64,000 bases of DNA from Bdellovibrionota bacterium (lineage in GTDB: Bacteria > Bdellovibrionota_C > UBA2361 > JAAYZI01): NCBI GenBank assembly GCA_050950765.1, contig JBMNIF010000001.1, positions 384,001-448,000 on the forward strand, written 5' to 3'. Below are positions 11,597 to 24,631 of the stretch, in pieces. The stretch's first letter is position 1; each line of letters opens with the position of its first letter. The position numbers were made by a program, and so were the translations under genes. The notes under the pieces were generated by a model. The model had not been told where the DNA came from. It saw only the letters and a program-made list of their open reading frames with translations, and ran no database searches.

Positions 11597-12667
11597 ATGG
11601 CTAGAATACTGATCGCCGGAGTTAAGGTTCCTTTTGTACGTGGGGGGCAGGACGTACTCGTTAAAACGTTGTGCGATGAATTAAAGGCGCGCTCTCATGA
11701 AGTTGATACGGTGGAGCTTCCTTTGAGTATGTTGCCGAAAGAATCGATTATAAATCAGATTGCGATGTGGCGGTTACTTAATTTGAATACCTTCTGCGGT
11801 AAGGATGTGGATCTCGTTATCGCTACAAAATTTCCGACGTATTATCTGCAACATCCACGCAAAAGTTTGTGGTTGGTACATCAACATCGTGCCATTTATG
11901 ATCTATACGGCGGACGTTATTCCGATATCTCTGATGATCCTAGGGATGAAGAGCTACGTAAAATGTTAGTTGAAGGTGATAAAAAGGTTATCGGAGAATG
12001 TGTTTATAGAGGAGCTATCTCTAAAAATGTAGCGGAACGACTTAAACAATATAATGATCTTGAGGCGGAGGTGCTTTATCCGCCGCTGAAACTTGCTGGA
12101 AAATACTATAATGCGACGGCAGAAAATTATATCCTCTCAGTCGGTCGAATCTGTTCCATTAAACGCGTTGATCTGATGGTTAAAGCCTTAACTTTTATTA
12201 GCCCCGATATAAAATTAAAGATAGTTGGTAAGGCTGATGAACCTGAGGTGTTACAATATATCAATAATGAAATAGATAAACATCATCTTTGGGAGCGAGT
12301 AGAGTTCTTAGGTGGTGTTGATGACGACGGTCTACTTAGTTTATACGCGCGTTCTTTAGCTGTTTATTATGCTCCCTTTGATGAAGATTACGGTTATGTC
12401 ACGTTAGAGGCTATGGCTTCTGGAAAACCTGTTATCACAGCAAAAGATAGTGGGGGTGTTTTGGAGTTTATAAGAGATGGAGAAACGGGAGTGGTGCAGG
12501 ATCCGACACCTGAAAGTATCGGTTGCGGTGCTATGCGTCTGATTGAAGATCGGACGTTAGCTGCGGAGATGGGTAAGCGCGCTAGATCTGAAATTGAAAG
12601 GATCGGTTTAGCCACAGGTGGTTGGGATAGTGTGATAAATGGTTTGCTATCACCGTTACGGAAATAG
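11597..12667 (+). CDS. Glycosyltransferase family 4
   Basis: EDYGYVTLEAMASGKPVI. Confidence 0.92.
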   Translation: MARILIAGVKVPFVRGGQDVLVKTLCDELKARSHEVDTVELPLSMLPKESIINQIAMWRLLNLNTFCGKDVDLVIATKFPTYYLQHPRKSLWLVHQHRAIYDLYGGRYSDISDDPRDEELRKMLVEGDKKVIGECVYRGAISKNVAERLKQYNDLEAEVLYPPLKLAGKYYNATAENYILSVGRICSIKRVDLMVKALTFISPDIKLKIVGKADEPEVLQYINNEIDKHHLWERVEFLGGVDDDGLLSLYARSLAVYYAPFDEDYGYVTLEAMASGKPVITAKDSGGVLEFIRDGETGVVQDPTPESIGCGAMRLIEDRTLAAEMGKRARSEIERIGLATGGWDSVINGLLSPLRK

Positions 12668-13999
12668 ATGATGGATGCAAAACGGCTGCGCATAGCTTGG
12701 TTTTCTGTATTAAATACTGAAAGATCGTCTGCGGGCGAGTCTCTTTCGGCGTATTTTACCGATTGTGTGCTTCCTTTTTTGCAAGAACGGTTTGAAATAG
12801 AGGTATTTCATAATTCTTTTGAAAAATATAAAGGTCTCGCGACTTTTCATTACTTGCAAGCGGCTCCAAGGCATGCAGCCTACTCGTATGATATCTTCTT
12901 CTATCAGGTGGAAGATAAAAAAGAGAACGATTTTATCCGTACTCACTTAGGGCTTATCCCCGGTGTTGTGCTCTTTCACGATTTTGTACTTAGTACTGAC
13001 GGGCCTGAACCGATCTTAAATAGTCCTTGGCAGGCAACACTTAAAAAGTTTCAGAACCTTGATCTAACTTGGACAGATAGGGGCGCACAGTTTTTAAAAG
13101 AGGGGCAGATTGCTTTTAGAGAAGCGGGCTATGCTCTTGTACCGCTCTTTTCTAATTCGGCAAATTGCGAGCAATATAAAAGTTTAATACGGCAGAGGTT
13201 GGCAGGCGATGAAACGCCGAGCCCTGCCTATATTCCGATCCCTGTTACTTATTTTAAAGAGTCGCTCTCTTCAATGAATACTTTACAGATCGCATATTGC
13301 GGAACGCCGTTTATCAAACACCGCGCGCATAAACTCTTTCCTGCTATTGCAAAATTAGATAAACCTAAAAAGCTGCATTGGTTGATTGCGGAAGATGAAG
13401 TTAAGAGAGCGGAGGATCTTTTGAATGAGTTTTTCGGTTCAGCGTGGCAAGATTTTGCGACGTTGCATCTCGGCAGGTCTCCACAGAGATGGCAGGACAT
13501 TATTAAAAATTGTAATGTAGCAGCGCATCCGTTATTTAGCGTGCACGGACACCCTTGCCCATATCTGGAGCTTAGTTTGGCGCATAATCTGCCGTGTCTT
13601 GTGACACGTTTTGCTTATGCGGATACGTTACCTGATGCGCTGGTGTATAAGATTGAAGCGGGAGTGACGGAAGAACGACAGTTCTTTGAAGCGCTTAAAC
13701 ATCTGGAAGAAACTCTTGGCTGTAAGCGTGACCTTAGCACTTCGGCAAGGGAGCTTTTTAGTGCAAGTGCTGTTGCACAAGACCTCGCTTTTGTGTTTGA
13801 GAAGAACGCAGCATATCTCAAAAATATTTCACAACGGTGGATAGCTTTGCAAAAAAACGCCAGAAGAGCTCTACTTGAAGAGGTGCGGCAGAGTGTTTGT
13901 ATAGGTGTGAAAAGTTGTGATTTAACGGGGCTATCTAATTCGTTGTCGGCGTGGGATACGGTTTTTAGTCCTGTAATGCACGAGCTCGGTTGGAAGTAA
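12668..13999 (+). CDS. Divergent GT-B fold glycosyltransferase-like protein
   Basis: RIAWFS, PGVVLFHD; operon context. Confidence 0.7.
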   Translation: MMDAKRLRIAWFSVLNTERSSAGESLSAYFTDCVLPFLQERFEIEVFHNSFEKYKGLATFHYLQAAPRHAAYSYDIFFYQVEDKKENDFIRTHLGLIPGVVLFHDFVLSTDGPEPILNSPWQATLKKFQNLDLTWTDRGAQFLKEGQIAFREAGYALVPLFSNSANCEQYKSLIRQRLAGDETPSPAYIPIPVTYFKESLSSMNTLQIAYCGTPFIKHRAHKLFPAIAKLDKPKKLHWLIAEDEVKRAEDLLNEFFGSAWQDFATLHLGRSPQRWQDIIKNCNVAAHPLFSVHGHPCPYLELSLAHNLPCLVTRFAYADTLPDALVYKIEAGVTEERQFFEALKHLEETLGCKRDLSTSARELFSASAVAQDLAFVFEKNAAYLKNISQRWIALQKNARRALLEEVRQSVCIGVKSCDLTGLSNSLSAWDTVFSPVMHELGWK

Positions 14000-14015
14000 A
14001 TTAAGAGGGAAGAAC

Positions 14016-15272
14016 ATGGCGATTGATACAGCATCTTCTGATAGACGACAACGCAGATATGCCTTTGTGTGTCCGCGCTTTGGAGAAGGTGTGATCGGTG
14101 GTGAGGTAACATTGATTAGTCAACTTGCTTCGCAACTTGTGAAACGTGGGAACCCCGTAGAAGTACTTACCACTTGCGCTAAAGATAATCGTACTTGGGA
14201 AAATGAATATGCGGAAGGGCAGGACCTCGCTTTCGGTGTGCCTGTTTCTCGATTTAAAGTTGATGAGCGAGATTTAGAAGTTTGGATTCCAAGACAGATT
14301 AGTATTAGCGAAGGGATGAATCTGAGTTTAGAAGACCAGCTGCTCTGGATGCAGCACAGTGTAAATTCCAGCGCTCTGTATCGTTATATCTTGCAGGTGG
14401 CGGATAGCTTTGATGCGATCTTTTTTATACCGTATCTTTTTGGCACTACTTTTTGGGGCTCGTTGCTTAGACCTGATAAATCATATTTAATTCCGTGTTT
14501 GCACGATGAGTCTTATGCTTATACTGATGTTGTTGCGAGTATGTTTAGGCAAGTTTGCGGAGCTATCTTTAATGCTGCACCTGAACAGGAGTTGGCAAAT
14601 CGTTTGTATGGGACAATTCGTGGCGGCGCTGTTGGAATGGGGTTCGTGCCACCTTCAGAGGAAGAGGTGGCGGCGTTAACGCCGTACTTTGAAGAACACT
14701 TTCCTTATATCGTTTACGTCGGACGTAAAGAGACAGGGAAGAATGCGCATCTGTTGATAGATTATTTTATGGAATCAAAAGATACTGCAACGCTACCATC
14801 TAATCTAAAACTTGTTATTGCTGGCGGCGGGTCTTTCTCTGATTTAAATCGTCCTGCTGCTTTAGAAAGAGATGATATCTTAGATGTTGGGCATCTTTCT
14901 GAAGTTGATAAAAAACGGGTGATCAAGTATGCGCACGCTTTATGTCAACCCTCTTTGAATGAATCATTTTCAATTGTACTGATGGAGGCGTGGCTTTTAG
15001 GAACTCCTATTATCGTACACGCTGATTGTGAAGTAACTCGTTATCAGGCTACTAGATCTGGAGGAGGACTCTATTTTAGTTCTGCTAAGGAATTCGGCGG
15101 TGTTGCAAGTAAGATCTGTCAAGATCAAGATCTACGTGAAAAAATGGCTGCTGCTGGGGAAAAATATGTTTTGACGGAGTATAATTGGGACTCTGTAATA
15201 GAGAGGTTTGATAATGTTATGGATAGTTTTCTTTTGCCCGTAGAGTCCGAAAAAACGGAGAGTTTAGAATAG
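14016..15272 (+). CDS. Glycosyltransferase family 4
   Basis: QPSLNESFSIVLMEAW. Confidence 0.92.
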   Translation: MAIDTASSDRRQRRYAFVCPRFGEGVIGGEVTLISQLASQLVKRGNPVEVLTTCAKDNRTWENEYAEGQDLAFGVPVSRFKVDERDLEVWIPRQISISEGMNLSLEDQLLWMQHSVNSSALYRYILQVADSFDAIFFIPYLFGTTFWGSLLRPDKSYLIPCLHDESYAYTDVVASMFRQVCGAIFNAAPEQELANRLYGTIRGGAVGMGFVPPSEEEVAALTPYFEEHFPYIVYVGRKETGKNAHLLIDYFMESKDTATLPSNLKLVIAGGGSFSDLNRPAALERDDILDVGHLSEVDKKRVIKYAHALCQPSLNESFSIVLMEAWLLGTPIIVHADCEVTRYQATRSGGGLYFSSAKEFGGVASKICQDQDLREKMAAAGEKYVLTEYNWDSVIERFDNVMDSFLLPVESEKTESLE

Positions 15273-15372
15273 TTCTACCGTTATCCTCTTTATTATTTTA
15301 AACTGCATGAAGTGCTGAAGAAGTGCTAAAGAGATAGGGTGCTTCTAGGGAAACTGGGAAACTTGAAATTAA

Positions 15373-17403
<2,031 letters not shown>

Positions 17404-17441
17404 ATCTGAGTATTAAAATGATAGAAGAGGTCGCTTAAAAA

Positions 17442-18572
17442 ATGGGATCTGAAACAAAACAACGAATTGTAGTAAAGATAGGTAGCAGTTTATTAACTGA
17501 TGAAGATGGACGACTTTCTTTAGAAAAATTAAGAGGTCATGTGGCGGCTATCTCAAGGGCTAAAGAAGCGGGGCACGCTGTGCTTTTAGTAACTTCTGCT
17601 GCTATTGCGGCAGGGTTTGAGAAATTGGGATTTTCTAAACGTCCTAAGACGGTTGTGCAGAAGCAGGCTTGTGCTGCTGTTGGGCAGGGGCTTTTAATGC
17701 AAGCTTATGCGGAAGCTTTTTCAGAAAAAAATATAGTGGTAGCGCAAGTTTTATTGACAAAACGTGATATGGCGATTCGTGAGTCGTATAACAATGCCAT
17801 GAATACTTTGGAGTTTCTTTTGGATCGAGGCGTGGTGCCGATTATTAATCAAAATGATACTACGGCAATTGAGGAGATCTCTTTTGGTGATAATGATTCT
17901 TTAGCTGCTAGGGTGGCAGCGCTCCTGCACGCCGATCTCTGTATGATTTTTACGGATACTGCAGGTTTGTATGATTCCGATCCTACTCAAAATAGTGATG
18001 CGCGGAAGATTCCTTATGTTGAAAAGATAACGCCGGAAATTTTAGCTTTAGCGTCTTCTTCAAAATCAGGTGTCGGAACGGGGGGGATGAGATCGAAAAT
18101 TTTAGCGGCTGAAGTTGCTATCTCAATGGGCACGAATGTTTTTGTCGGTGATGGTAGAGATATAGAAGATGACATGAAAATTTTAAAGATTTTAGAACGT
18201 AACGGTGCTGGAACTTATTTTGGAGCGCCGCAGCATGGGCAGATGCAACGTAAAAAACAGTGGATCGCTTTACACTCTGATGTGCAAGGTACGCTTGTAA
18301 TTGATGATGGTGCTGTTGAAGCTCTTACAAAAAGTGGGCACAGCCTTTTAGTGGTTGGGGTTGTGGATGTTTTTGGAGATTTTGAAGAGGGAGCTGTGTT
18401 GGAGGTTAGGGATCTTAAAGGACGTTTAGTTGGTAAAGGGGTTGTTAATTATGCTGCTGATTTATTAAGAAAGATCGTTAGAAAAGAAGATGCCGCAGCT
18501 ATCTCGCAGGGGGAGACTTTAACCGAAGTGATCCATCGGGATGATTGGGTGCAAAATGAAAATGAAGCGTAG
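17442..18572 (+). CDS. proB: Glutamate 5-kinase
   Basis: VVKIGSS, FGDND, GTGGM, PUA domain. Confidence 0.96.
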   Translation: MGSETKQRIVVKIGSSLLTDEDGRLSLEKLRGHVAAISRAKEAGHAVLLVTSAAIAAGFEKLGFSKRPKTVVQKQACAAVGQGLLMQAYAEAFSEKNIVVAQVLLTKRDMAIRESYNNAMNTLEFLLDRGVVPIINQNDTTAIEEISFGDNDSLAARVAALLHADLCMIFTDTAGLYDSDPTQNSDARKIPYVEKITPEILALASSSKSGVGTGGMRSKILAAEVAISMGTNVFVGDGRDIEDDMKILKILERNGAGTYFGAPQHGQMQRKKQWIALHSDVQGTLVIDDGAVEALTKSGHSLLVVGVVDVFGDFEEGAVLEVRDLKGRLVGKGVVNYAADLLRKIVRKEDAAAISQGETLTEVIHRDDWVQNENEA

Positions 18573-18594
18573 TAGATGTTTTGCCTGTTTACTT

Positions 18595-18817
18595 AAAAGG
18601 GCACCTTTTTGGTGCCACCCTTCGGGGACGACAGAACGGGCTCAAACAGAAGAGTGAATCGGCTAGATCTTTGACGGGGGTTAAAAAACAGGTGCCACCC
18701 TTCTTTATTATAACCTTGCCAAGCAAAGTGTTTAAACCATAAAATGGTAATAAACTAATAATATCGATATGTTAGCTAAGTTTTAAAATTTAACTAAAAG
18801 TGGGTGTCCTAATTGGC
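18595..18817. repeat. Mosaic repeat cluster 3
   Basis: Two GGTGCCACCC cores and one AAAGTGGGTGTCC. Confidence 0.88.
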
Positions 18818-18897
18818 AGTAGTCAGGAAATGAAGCGTATTAGTTATTTAATTAAGGATGATTGCATTTTATCTGTTTATATAGTGATCTGTCAGAT

Positions 18898-19566
18898 ATG
18901 AAAAAGTTAGTCTATTTTATTTTGGTGCTGATGGTGTATCCCGTTTCTGTCATGGCTCAGTTTGAAGATAATAATGGTGACGGGGAACTCGCCGTTTTAG
19001 CGTTTGGCGATAGTATTACTTATGGTGTAGGAGCCGAGCCTAATCAAAGTTATCCCGCTTATCTTTCCGTATTGACGGGGGTGAATGTTGTAAATAAAGG
19101 TGTCCCAGGAGAGCGCTTAGTGTTAAGCGGTAACAGGAGGATTCTGCCACTTTTAAAAAGTGGAAACTTTGATGTTGCTCTGATCATGGAAGGTGCAAAT
19201 GATGCTGTGATGCAGATCATGCCCAGTGAATTAAATGCTGCTTTGCAAAAGATTATTAATATTGCACTCCTTAATCGTGTTGAACCAGTACTTTTTTCTC
19301 TGCCATTGCCTGTTGGGGATCATGCTAATTTACAACCTTGGGTGATCGCTTATAACCAAGAAATTTTTCAATTGGCTTTTATTAATGATGTAAGGTTGAT
19401 TGATCTGGAGTGGGCATGGAGCGAAAGCGTTTGTAATAATGATGTCTGCGAGCTGTATAATATGCCGGATGGGCTGCACCCCAGTGCATTAGGGAATCAA
19501 CTAATAGCGGAAAAAATTTATGAATCATTTTATGGTAAAACGCCTGCTGCTACGGAGGAAAAGTAG
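18898..19566 (+). CDS. SGNH/GDSL hydrolase, exported
   Basis: FGDSIT, GAND, DGLHP. Confidence 0.9.
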   Translation: MKKLVYFILVLMVYPVSVMAQFEDNNGDGELAVLAFGDSITYGVGAEPNQSYPAYLSVLTGVNVVNKGVPGERLVLSGNRRILPLLKSGNFDVALIMEGANDAVMQIMPSELNAALQKIINIALLNRVEPVLFSLPLPVGDHANLQPWVIAYNQEIFQLAFINDVRLIDLEWAWSESVCNNDVCELYNMPDGLHPSALGNQLIAEKIYESFYGKTPAATEEK

Positions 19567-20246
19567 TGAAAAAAGAACTTTTTATTTCATTCTTACTTAT
19601 GGCACTTACCTCTTGCGGTGGTGGTGGCGGTGATGATGCTGCACAAAACTCTTCAATGTTTAATATAGATGGAGTAGGGCGTGATCGTGTCGCAGCAGGG
19701 GTGAGGGTTGTACACGGTGTTATTGATGGTTATCCGTTACAGATTTCAGATGAAACAGGGGTGCTGTATGCACCGTTAAGGTATTCATTTACAAATTATT
19801 TAGAACTTTCTAAGAAAGTGCAGAATATTAATTTAGAAAAATACAAAACAAATGAGCCTGTTGCATTCTTTTCTCTTGATCTTTCAAAACAGGCAAGATC
19901 GAGTGTGCTTTTTTGTGGAAGTAGAGAAAATAGAACATTAAAAACTAATTTTGTTACACATCAAAGTGCAGCTGTTGATATAGTGTCTTTTAGAGTGCTG
20001 CATCTTCTGTATGGCGCCGGATTTTTAAAAACCGTTGTAAATGGTGTTGAGATGAATGCTGATTTTTGTAACGCTTCTCAATATCTCTCTTTTTCGGATT
20101 CTGTTTTAAACGTTACGATATCTCGACTTTCGGATGGTCGTTTGATAATGCAGGACACTATTAATGTACAATTCGGAAAATCTTATAGTTTGATCGTTAG
20201 CGGCGACTTGGAGCAAGATTTTAAAGTTAAGTTAGCTGAAGATTAA
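19566..20246 (+). CDS. Lipoprotein, DUF4397-like
   Basis: LTSC lipobox; VRVVH/FRVLH repeats. Confidence 0.65.
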   Translation: MKKELFISFLLMALTSCGGGGGDDAAQNSSMFNIDGVGRDRVAAGVRVVHGVIDGYPLQISDETGVLYAPLRYSFTNYLELSKKVQNINLEKYKTNEPVAFFSLDLSKQARSSVLFCGSRENRTLKTNFVTHQSAAVDIVSFRVLHLLYGAGFLKTVVNGVEMNADFCNASQYLSFSDSVLNVTISRLSDGRLIMQDTINVQFGKSYSLIVSGDLEQDFKVKLAED

Positions 20247-20292
20247 GACTAGCCTTACCATCTTCAGCCAAGCCCATTGTCTCTGGTTATCC

Positions 20293-20757
20293 AAAAAGGA
20301 CACCCACCTTTACTGGTGCCACCCTTCTTTATTAGAAGGTTAGTAAGCAAAGTGCCTAAATCTTAAAATGCAAACAATCTAATAATATCGATATGTTAGC
20401 TAAATCTTGAAATTTAACTAAAAGTGGGTGTCCTAATTAGCTAGCAGCAGATGGCTCTTGTGTCGCCCACCTAAAAAGGACACCCACCCTAAGCTGAAGG
20501 GCGGCACCAAATTTTTGACCCTCATCCAGATCTAGCCAATTTATTTTGCAGTCGCAGCCCGTCCAGTCGTCACTGAAGGGTGGCACCAAATTTTCTCCCC
20601 AGCCTTCCAAAAAGGACACCCACTTTTACTGGTGCCACCCTTCTTTAGTAGAAGCTTGGTAAAGAAGATATTTTAATCTTCAAATGGCAACAATCTAATA
20701 ATATCGATATATTAGCTAAGCCTTAGAATTTAACTAAAAGTGGGTGTCCTAATTAGA
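20293..20757. repeat. Mosaic repeat cluster 4
   Basis: Both cores in both orientations; two copies of ~125 bp unit. Confidence 0.9.
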
Positions 20758-20800
20758 GCTGGGGGAGCGGCGGCTCCTGTTGTCCAAAGGGTATTTTTTT

Positions 20801-21847
20801 CTATTTTAAAAGTGGAGAGAAGTTGTTGCTCCAAACTGTCGTTCCATCCTCTCTGATAAAATAGGCGGCGTAGTCGGGGTGTTGTGCTAACCAAGCTAGA
20901 CCGCCCTTTGAGCCCATGATTAGGAGAACGGTGCTGAGGGCGTCGGCTTTTATGGCAGAATCAGCATAGACTGTAACTGATACGGTATCAGATGCGGCGG
21001 GATACCCTGTTCTTGGATCGATAATATGATGGCGTTTTTTTTCTCCGCTACCTTTGAATCTCCTGTAAGATCCGGAAGTGGCAAGAGCGCCGCTACTTAA
21101 TTTAATAGTAGCGCTTAAATCTTCTGCGGTGTGCGGAGCGTTTGTTGGATTTTCAATACCTATCTCCCAAGGTTTGTTATCAGGGTTCTTGCCGTTTATA
21201 CGCATCTCGCCACCGATATTTATTAGGTAGTTTTTTACCTGATAATGTTCAAGGATTAAAGCGGTTTGATCTGCAGCGTAACCAGGGATGATGGCGGAAA
21301 AATCTATTTTGAGGTTACCTTTATTTTTTTTAATGCGTAGATCTTCAATTCCAATATGTTTAAATCCGATCGTTCGTAAGGTATCTGAAATTTCAGTAGG
21401 TGTGGGCTCTGTCGTATTTTCTGAAGGACCAAAACCCCAAAGTTGTAATAAAGGTAATATTGTTGGATCGAAAATGTTTGCGCTTTCTATATAGAATTTT
21501 AACCCTGCTTGCATAATATAAGACATGTCTTCAGAGATCGGAATCCAGTGTTGTGGAGGGGCAGCATTTATTTTTGATAGCTCCGAAGATGCGTCCCAGA
21601 GAGAGAATGTATGCTCTATCTTTGAAAGTCTTGTTGTGATGAGTTGTTTTAATTTTACGGGAGTAATATTGTGAGGAGTGTCATTAATCGTAATAGCATA
21701 CACACTTCCCATAGCAGTGCCATTTATGGCTATAACCTCTTTAGGAGGAGCTTGTTCTTTTTTTGATTGATTAACAAATAGCACTATTCCCGATAGCACT
21801 ATCACACCAAAAATTAAGATAAGAACAGGCTTTTTATAAAACGGCAT
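20801..21847 (-). CDS. apbE: FAD:protein FMN transferase
   Basis: AMGS, NIGGE, ATSGSY, HHIIDPRTG, ADALST. Confidence 0.94.
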   Translation of the reverse strand: MPFYKKPVLILIFGVIVLSGIVLFVNQSKKEQAPPKEVIAINGTAMGSVYAITINDTPHNITPVKLKQLITTRLSKIEHTFSLWDASSELSKINAAPPQHWIPISEDMSYIMQAGLKFYIESANIFDPTILPLLQLWGFGPSENTTEPTPTEISDTLRTIGFKHIGIEDLRIKKNKGNLKIDFSAIIPGYAADQTALILEHYQVKNYLINIGGEMRINGKNPDNKPWEIGIENPTNAPHTAEDLSATIKLSSGALATSGSYRRFKGSGEKKRHHIIDPRTGYPAASDTVSVTVYADSAIKADALSTVLLIMGSKGGLAWLAQHPDYAAYFIREDGTTVWSNNFSPLLK

Positions 21848-21864
21848 GAGACAGCCTCTCGGCG

Positions 21865-22755
21865 TTAGGCATTGTCAGTTAGTACCTTGATTAGATACTG
21901 ACCATAAGTGTTCTTTTGCATGCGACGTGCTGCTTCTGCTAAAACACCCGCTGAGATCCAGCCTTGCATAAAAGCGATCTCTTCTAAGCAAGCGATCATT
22001 AAACCTTGTCTTTCCTCTATGGATTGCACAAAAACAGAAGCTTGTAAAAAAGAAGCATACGTTCCTGTATCAAACCATGCGATACCGCGCCCCATCTTTT
22101 CAACGTGAAGGTTTTTACGTCTTAAGTATTCTACATTAACATCGGTAATCTCAAGCTCTCCGCGTTGAGATGGCTTAAGACCTTCTGCTATCGCAACTAC
22201 ATCGTTATCGTAAAAGTAACACCCTGTTACTGCCCAACGAGAACGAGGGGTTTTAGGTTTTTCTTCTATGCTGATGGCAAGACCTTGAGAGTCAAACTCA
22301 ACAACACCGTATCGTGTTGGGTCTTTCACCTCATAACCGAAAACAGTGGCTCCGCTTTCGCGATTAACAGCGGCTCTAAAGATCTGTGTTAAGCCGTGCC
22401 CAAAGAAAATATTGTCGCCTAAGGCTAAAGCAACGCGATCTTTACCGATAAAGTCTTTACCAATTAAAAACGATTGTGCTAGCCCATCTGGGCTCGGTTG
22501 GACGGCGTATGAGATATTTAATCCGAATTGACTGCCATCTTTTAATAATCGTTGGAAAGAATGTTGATCTTCGGGGGTTGTAATGATTAATAGATCTTGA
22601 ATACCGGCTGTCATTAAAGACGCAATCGGATAATAGATCATCGGTTTATCATAAATAGGCAAAAGTTGTTTACTAACTGCTTGTGTGATTGGGTGTAACC
22701 TTGAGCCTGAACCTCCTGCCAAGATGATTCCCTTCATTTTACGTTTGTTTGTCAT
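21865..22755 (-). CDS. rfbA: Glucose-1-phosphate thymidylyltransferase
   Basis: [31 protein letters not shown]. Confidence 0.97.
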   Translation of the reverse strand: MTNKRKMKGIILAGGSGSRLHPITQAVSKQLLPIYDKPMIYYPIASLMTAGIQDLLIITTPEDQHSFQRLLKDGSQFGLNISYAVQPSPDGLAQSFLIGKDFIGKDRVALALGDNIFFGHGLTQIFRAAVNRESGATVFGYEVKDPTRYGVVEFDSQGLAISIEEKPKTPRSRWAVTGCYFYDNDVVAIAEGLKPSQRGELEITDVNVEYLRRKNLHVEKMGRGIAWFDTGTYASFLQASVFVQSIEERQGLMIACLEEIAFMQGWISAGVLAEAARRMQKNTYGQYLIKVLTDNA

Positions 22756-22812
22756 GTTATGACCTCAATTTTATGACCAAAGGTGTTATTTTAAATATAA
22801 AATTTTAAAAAA

Positions 22813-23313
22813 CTATTTTTTAAAAAGGGTGCGATGACCTGCTGCTTGAGAAAGATCTTCAACGTAACACCTGTCTCCTGTGCGCCATTCACGACAATAC
22901 TCTTGGGGAATATTGATAGACTTGCAATTGAGAGGACAGGCTCCTGATGTGATTAAGCCACGTGTTGCAGTTTTTGAAGCATCAATCTCTTGTGAACGAT
23001 CTTGAAAAGACGGCAGCGAATCTACTTCGTTTGCGTCTACGGATGGAGCTTTGACAATGGGCACTCTTGTACGAAAAACGGTTCTGTGTCCTGGAGGCTG
23101 CCTAAGATCTTCAACGTCACAGATATCTCCACGTCTTGATTCTCTGCAATCAGACTCTGGAACGGCGGCATCTTTACAGGTAAAAGGGCATCTTGAGCTT
23201 GTGATAAAGCCGCGTCGAGATTCGACCTGCGCTAGTGCCGATCTGTTTGTCAGTATTAAAGAAAAGGAGAGAGCTACAAACGAACCGATAAACGTTGTAA
23301 GTCTTAATTGCAT
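22813..23313 (-). CDS. Secreted hypothetical protein with two Cys-rich repeats
   Basis: Signal peptide; duplicated ~48 aa 4-Cys domain. Confidence 0.75.
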   Translation of the reverse strand: MQLRLTTFIGSFVALSFSLILTNRSALAQVESRRGFITSSRCPFTCKDAAVPESDCRESRRGDICDVEDLRQPPGHRTVFRTRVPIVKAPSVDANEVDSLPSFQDRSQEIDASKTATRGLITSGACPLNCKSINIPQEYCREWRTGDRCYVEDLSQAAGHRTLFKK

Positions 23314-23395
23314 ATCTTAAGTCCTAAAAAAAGATGATTAAGCGAAAACGGAGCTTGACGCTTTTAATCGTTCTCGCTCAATCATACTTGCGGGT

Positions 23396-24631
23396 CTATT
23401 TTTTCTGCCAGTCCAAGATCGATCTAAAGAGATAATCTTCCGGATTTGGGATTATCTTTCTGGCTGCTTCAACGTCTGAAGTAGTCAAAAAGTGCAAAAT
23501 ATTGTTTATCGTCTGTTTTACGACATCATTTTCGATGTTAAGTAAACGAGTACGAACCTTGCCTGTTTCCGGATTTTGAATATCCTTCAGATGAAGCGGA
23601 ACGATCTTATCGTCTTTATCAACGGTGACCATACAACCTGTATGCCCTTCAGAAAAGAGCTTATAAACACCTGCGCCTAAAGCTGTGCAGTATTGTAGGT
23701 CTGAAGCGATCGGTCTGACACAACGCAGTTCATAACCGATATCATTCGGACGACTCTTAATTTTAACACCTAGCTCTTTTAATCTGCGTTGCAATAAGGT
23801 GTTAAAGATCTGACCTTTTGAGAGAATGCCAAGCTCGGGATGTCCGTGGTCGTCATAAGTGAATTGAATGCCAGAATCCTTTAATTCTGATTCAGGAATC
23901 GAATGGAATACACCTTCACTAACTATGATGATACCGTAATCAAGCCCTAACAGTTGTCGTTTGATGATGGTCGAAACCATTAAGCGAGTGATCCTCTCTA
24001 AGGTGCACTCAACTTTATTAAACATCTCGGGAACTATGATCATAGCGGCGTTACAAGCTTCACCTATTGCAAAAGCTAAGTGACCTGCTTCACGTCCCAT
24101 AGCAGCCATCACAAACCAATTACCAGTTGTGCGAGCATCTTCGTTAATTGTCAACGCAATACGTGTGCCTTCTTCTGTCGCAGTTTTGAAGCCGAAAGTT
24201 GGTATGCCTTCTGGTAACGGGAGGTCGTTATCGATCGTTTTTGGAACATGAATATTAGTAACTTGTACATCGTGTTCTTTAAGATACTTGGCTATTCTAG
24301 TTGCAGTTGAGGCGGTGTCGTCTCCACCGACAGTAACCAATAACTTTATGTTGTGACGTACGAAAAAAGTTGTATTGAACTCATCATCTTTTGGTTTGTA
24401 ACGACTCATCCTAAGAGCGGATCCACCACGAGAATGGATACGATCGGCCATTTTGATATCTATGTTGAGGACGTGATCAGTGCCCATATCGTTGAACAAG
24501 GCTTGATATCCACCGTGCAAACCTAAAACTCGATATCCTCTAGCAAGGAATGTTTTTGCGACTGCTGATATAACGGCATTCATGCCGGGAGCCGGTCCAC
24601 CGGCACATAAAATAACGACTGATTCTTGCAT
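23396..24631 (-). CDS. pfk: 6-phosphofructokinase, probably PPi-dependent
   Basis: GGPAPG, GGDDT, PKTIDND, MGR, GYELRC. Confidence 0.92.
   Translation of the reverse strand: MQESVVILCAGGPAPGMNAVISAVAKTFLARGYRVLGLHGGYQALFNDMGTDHVLNIDIKMADRIHSRGGSALRMSRYKPKDDEFNTTFFVRHNIKLLVTVGGDDTASTATRIAKYLKEHDVQVTNIHVPKTIDNDLPLPEGIPTFGFKTATEEGTRIALTINEDARTTGNWFVMAAMGREAGHLAFAIGEACNAAMIIVPEMFNKVECTLERITRLMVSTIIKRQLLGLDYGIIIVSEGVFHSIPESELKDSGIQFTYDDHGHPELGILSKGQIFNTLLQRRLKELGVKIKSRPNDIGYELRCVRPIASDLQYCTALGAGVYKLFSEGHTGCMVTVDKDDKIVPLHLKDIQNPETGKVRTRLLNIENDVVKQTINNILHFLTTSDVEAARKIIPNPEDYLFRSILDWQKK

Noticed and set aside
17840..17865. ProB NQND instead of NEND as inactivation
   Set aside because: Single substitution in an otherwise intact gene; cannot judge without alignment
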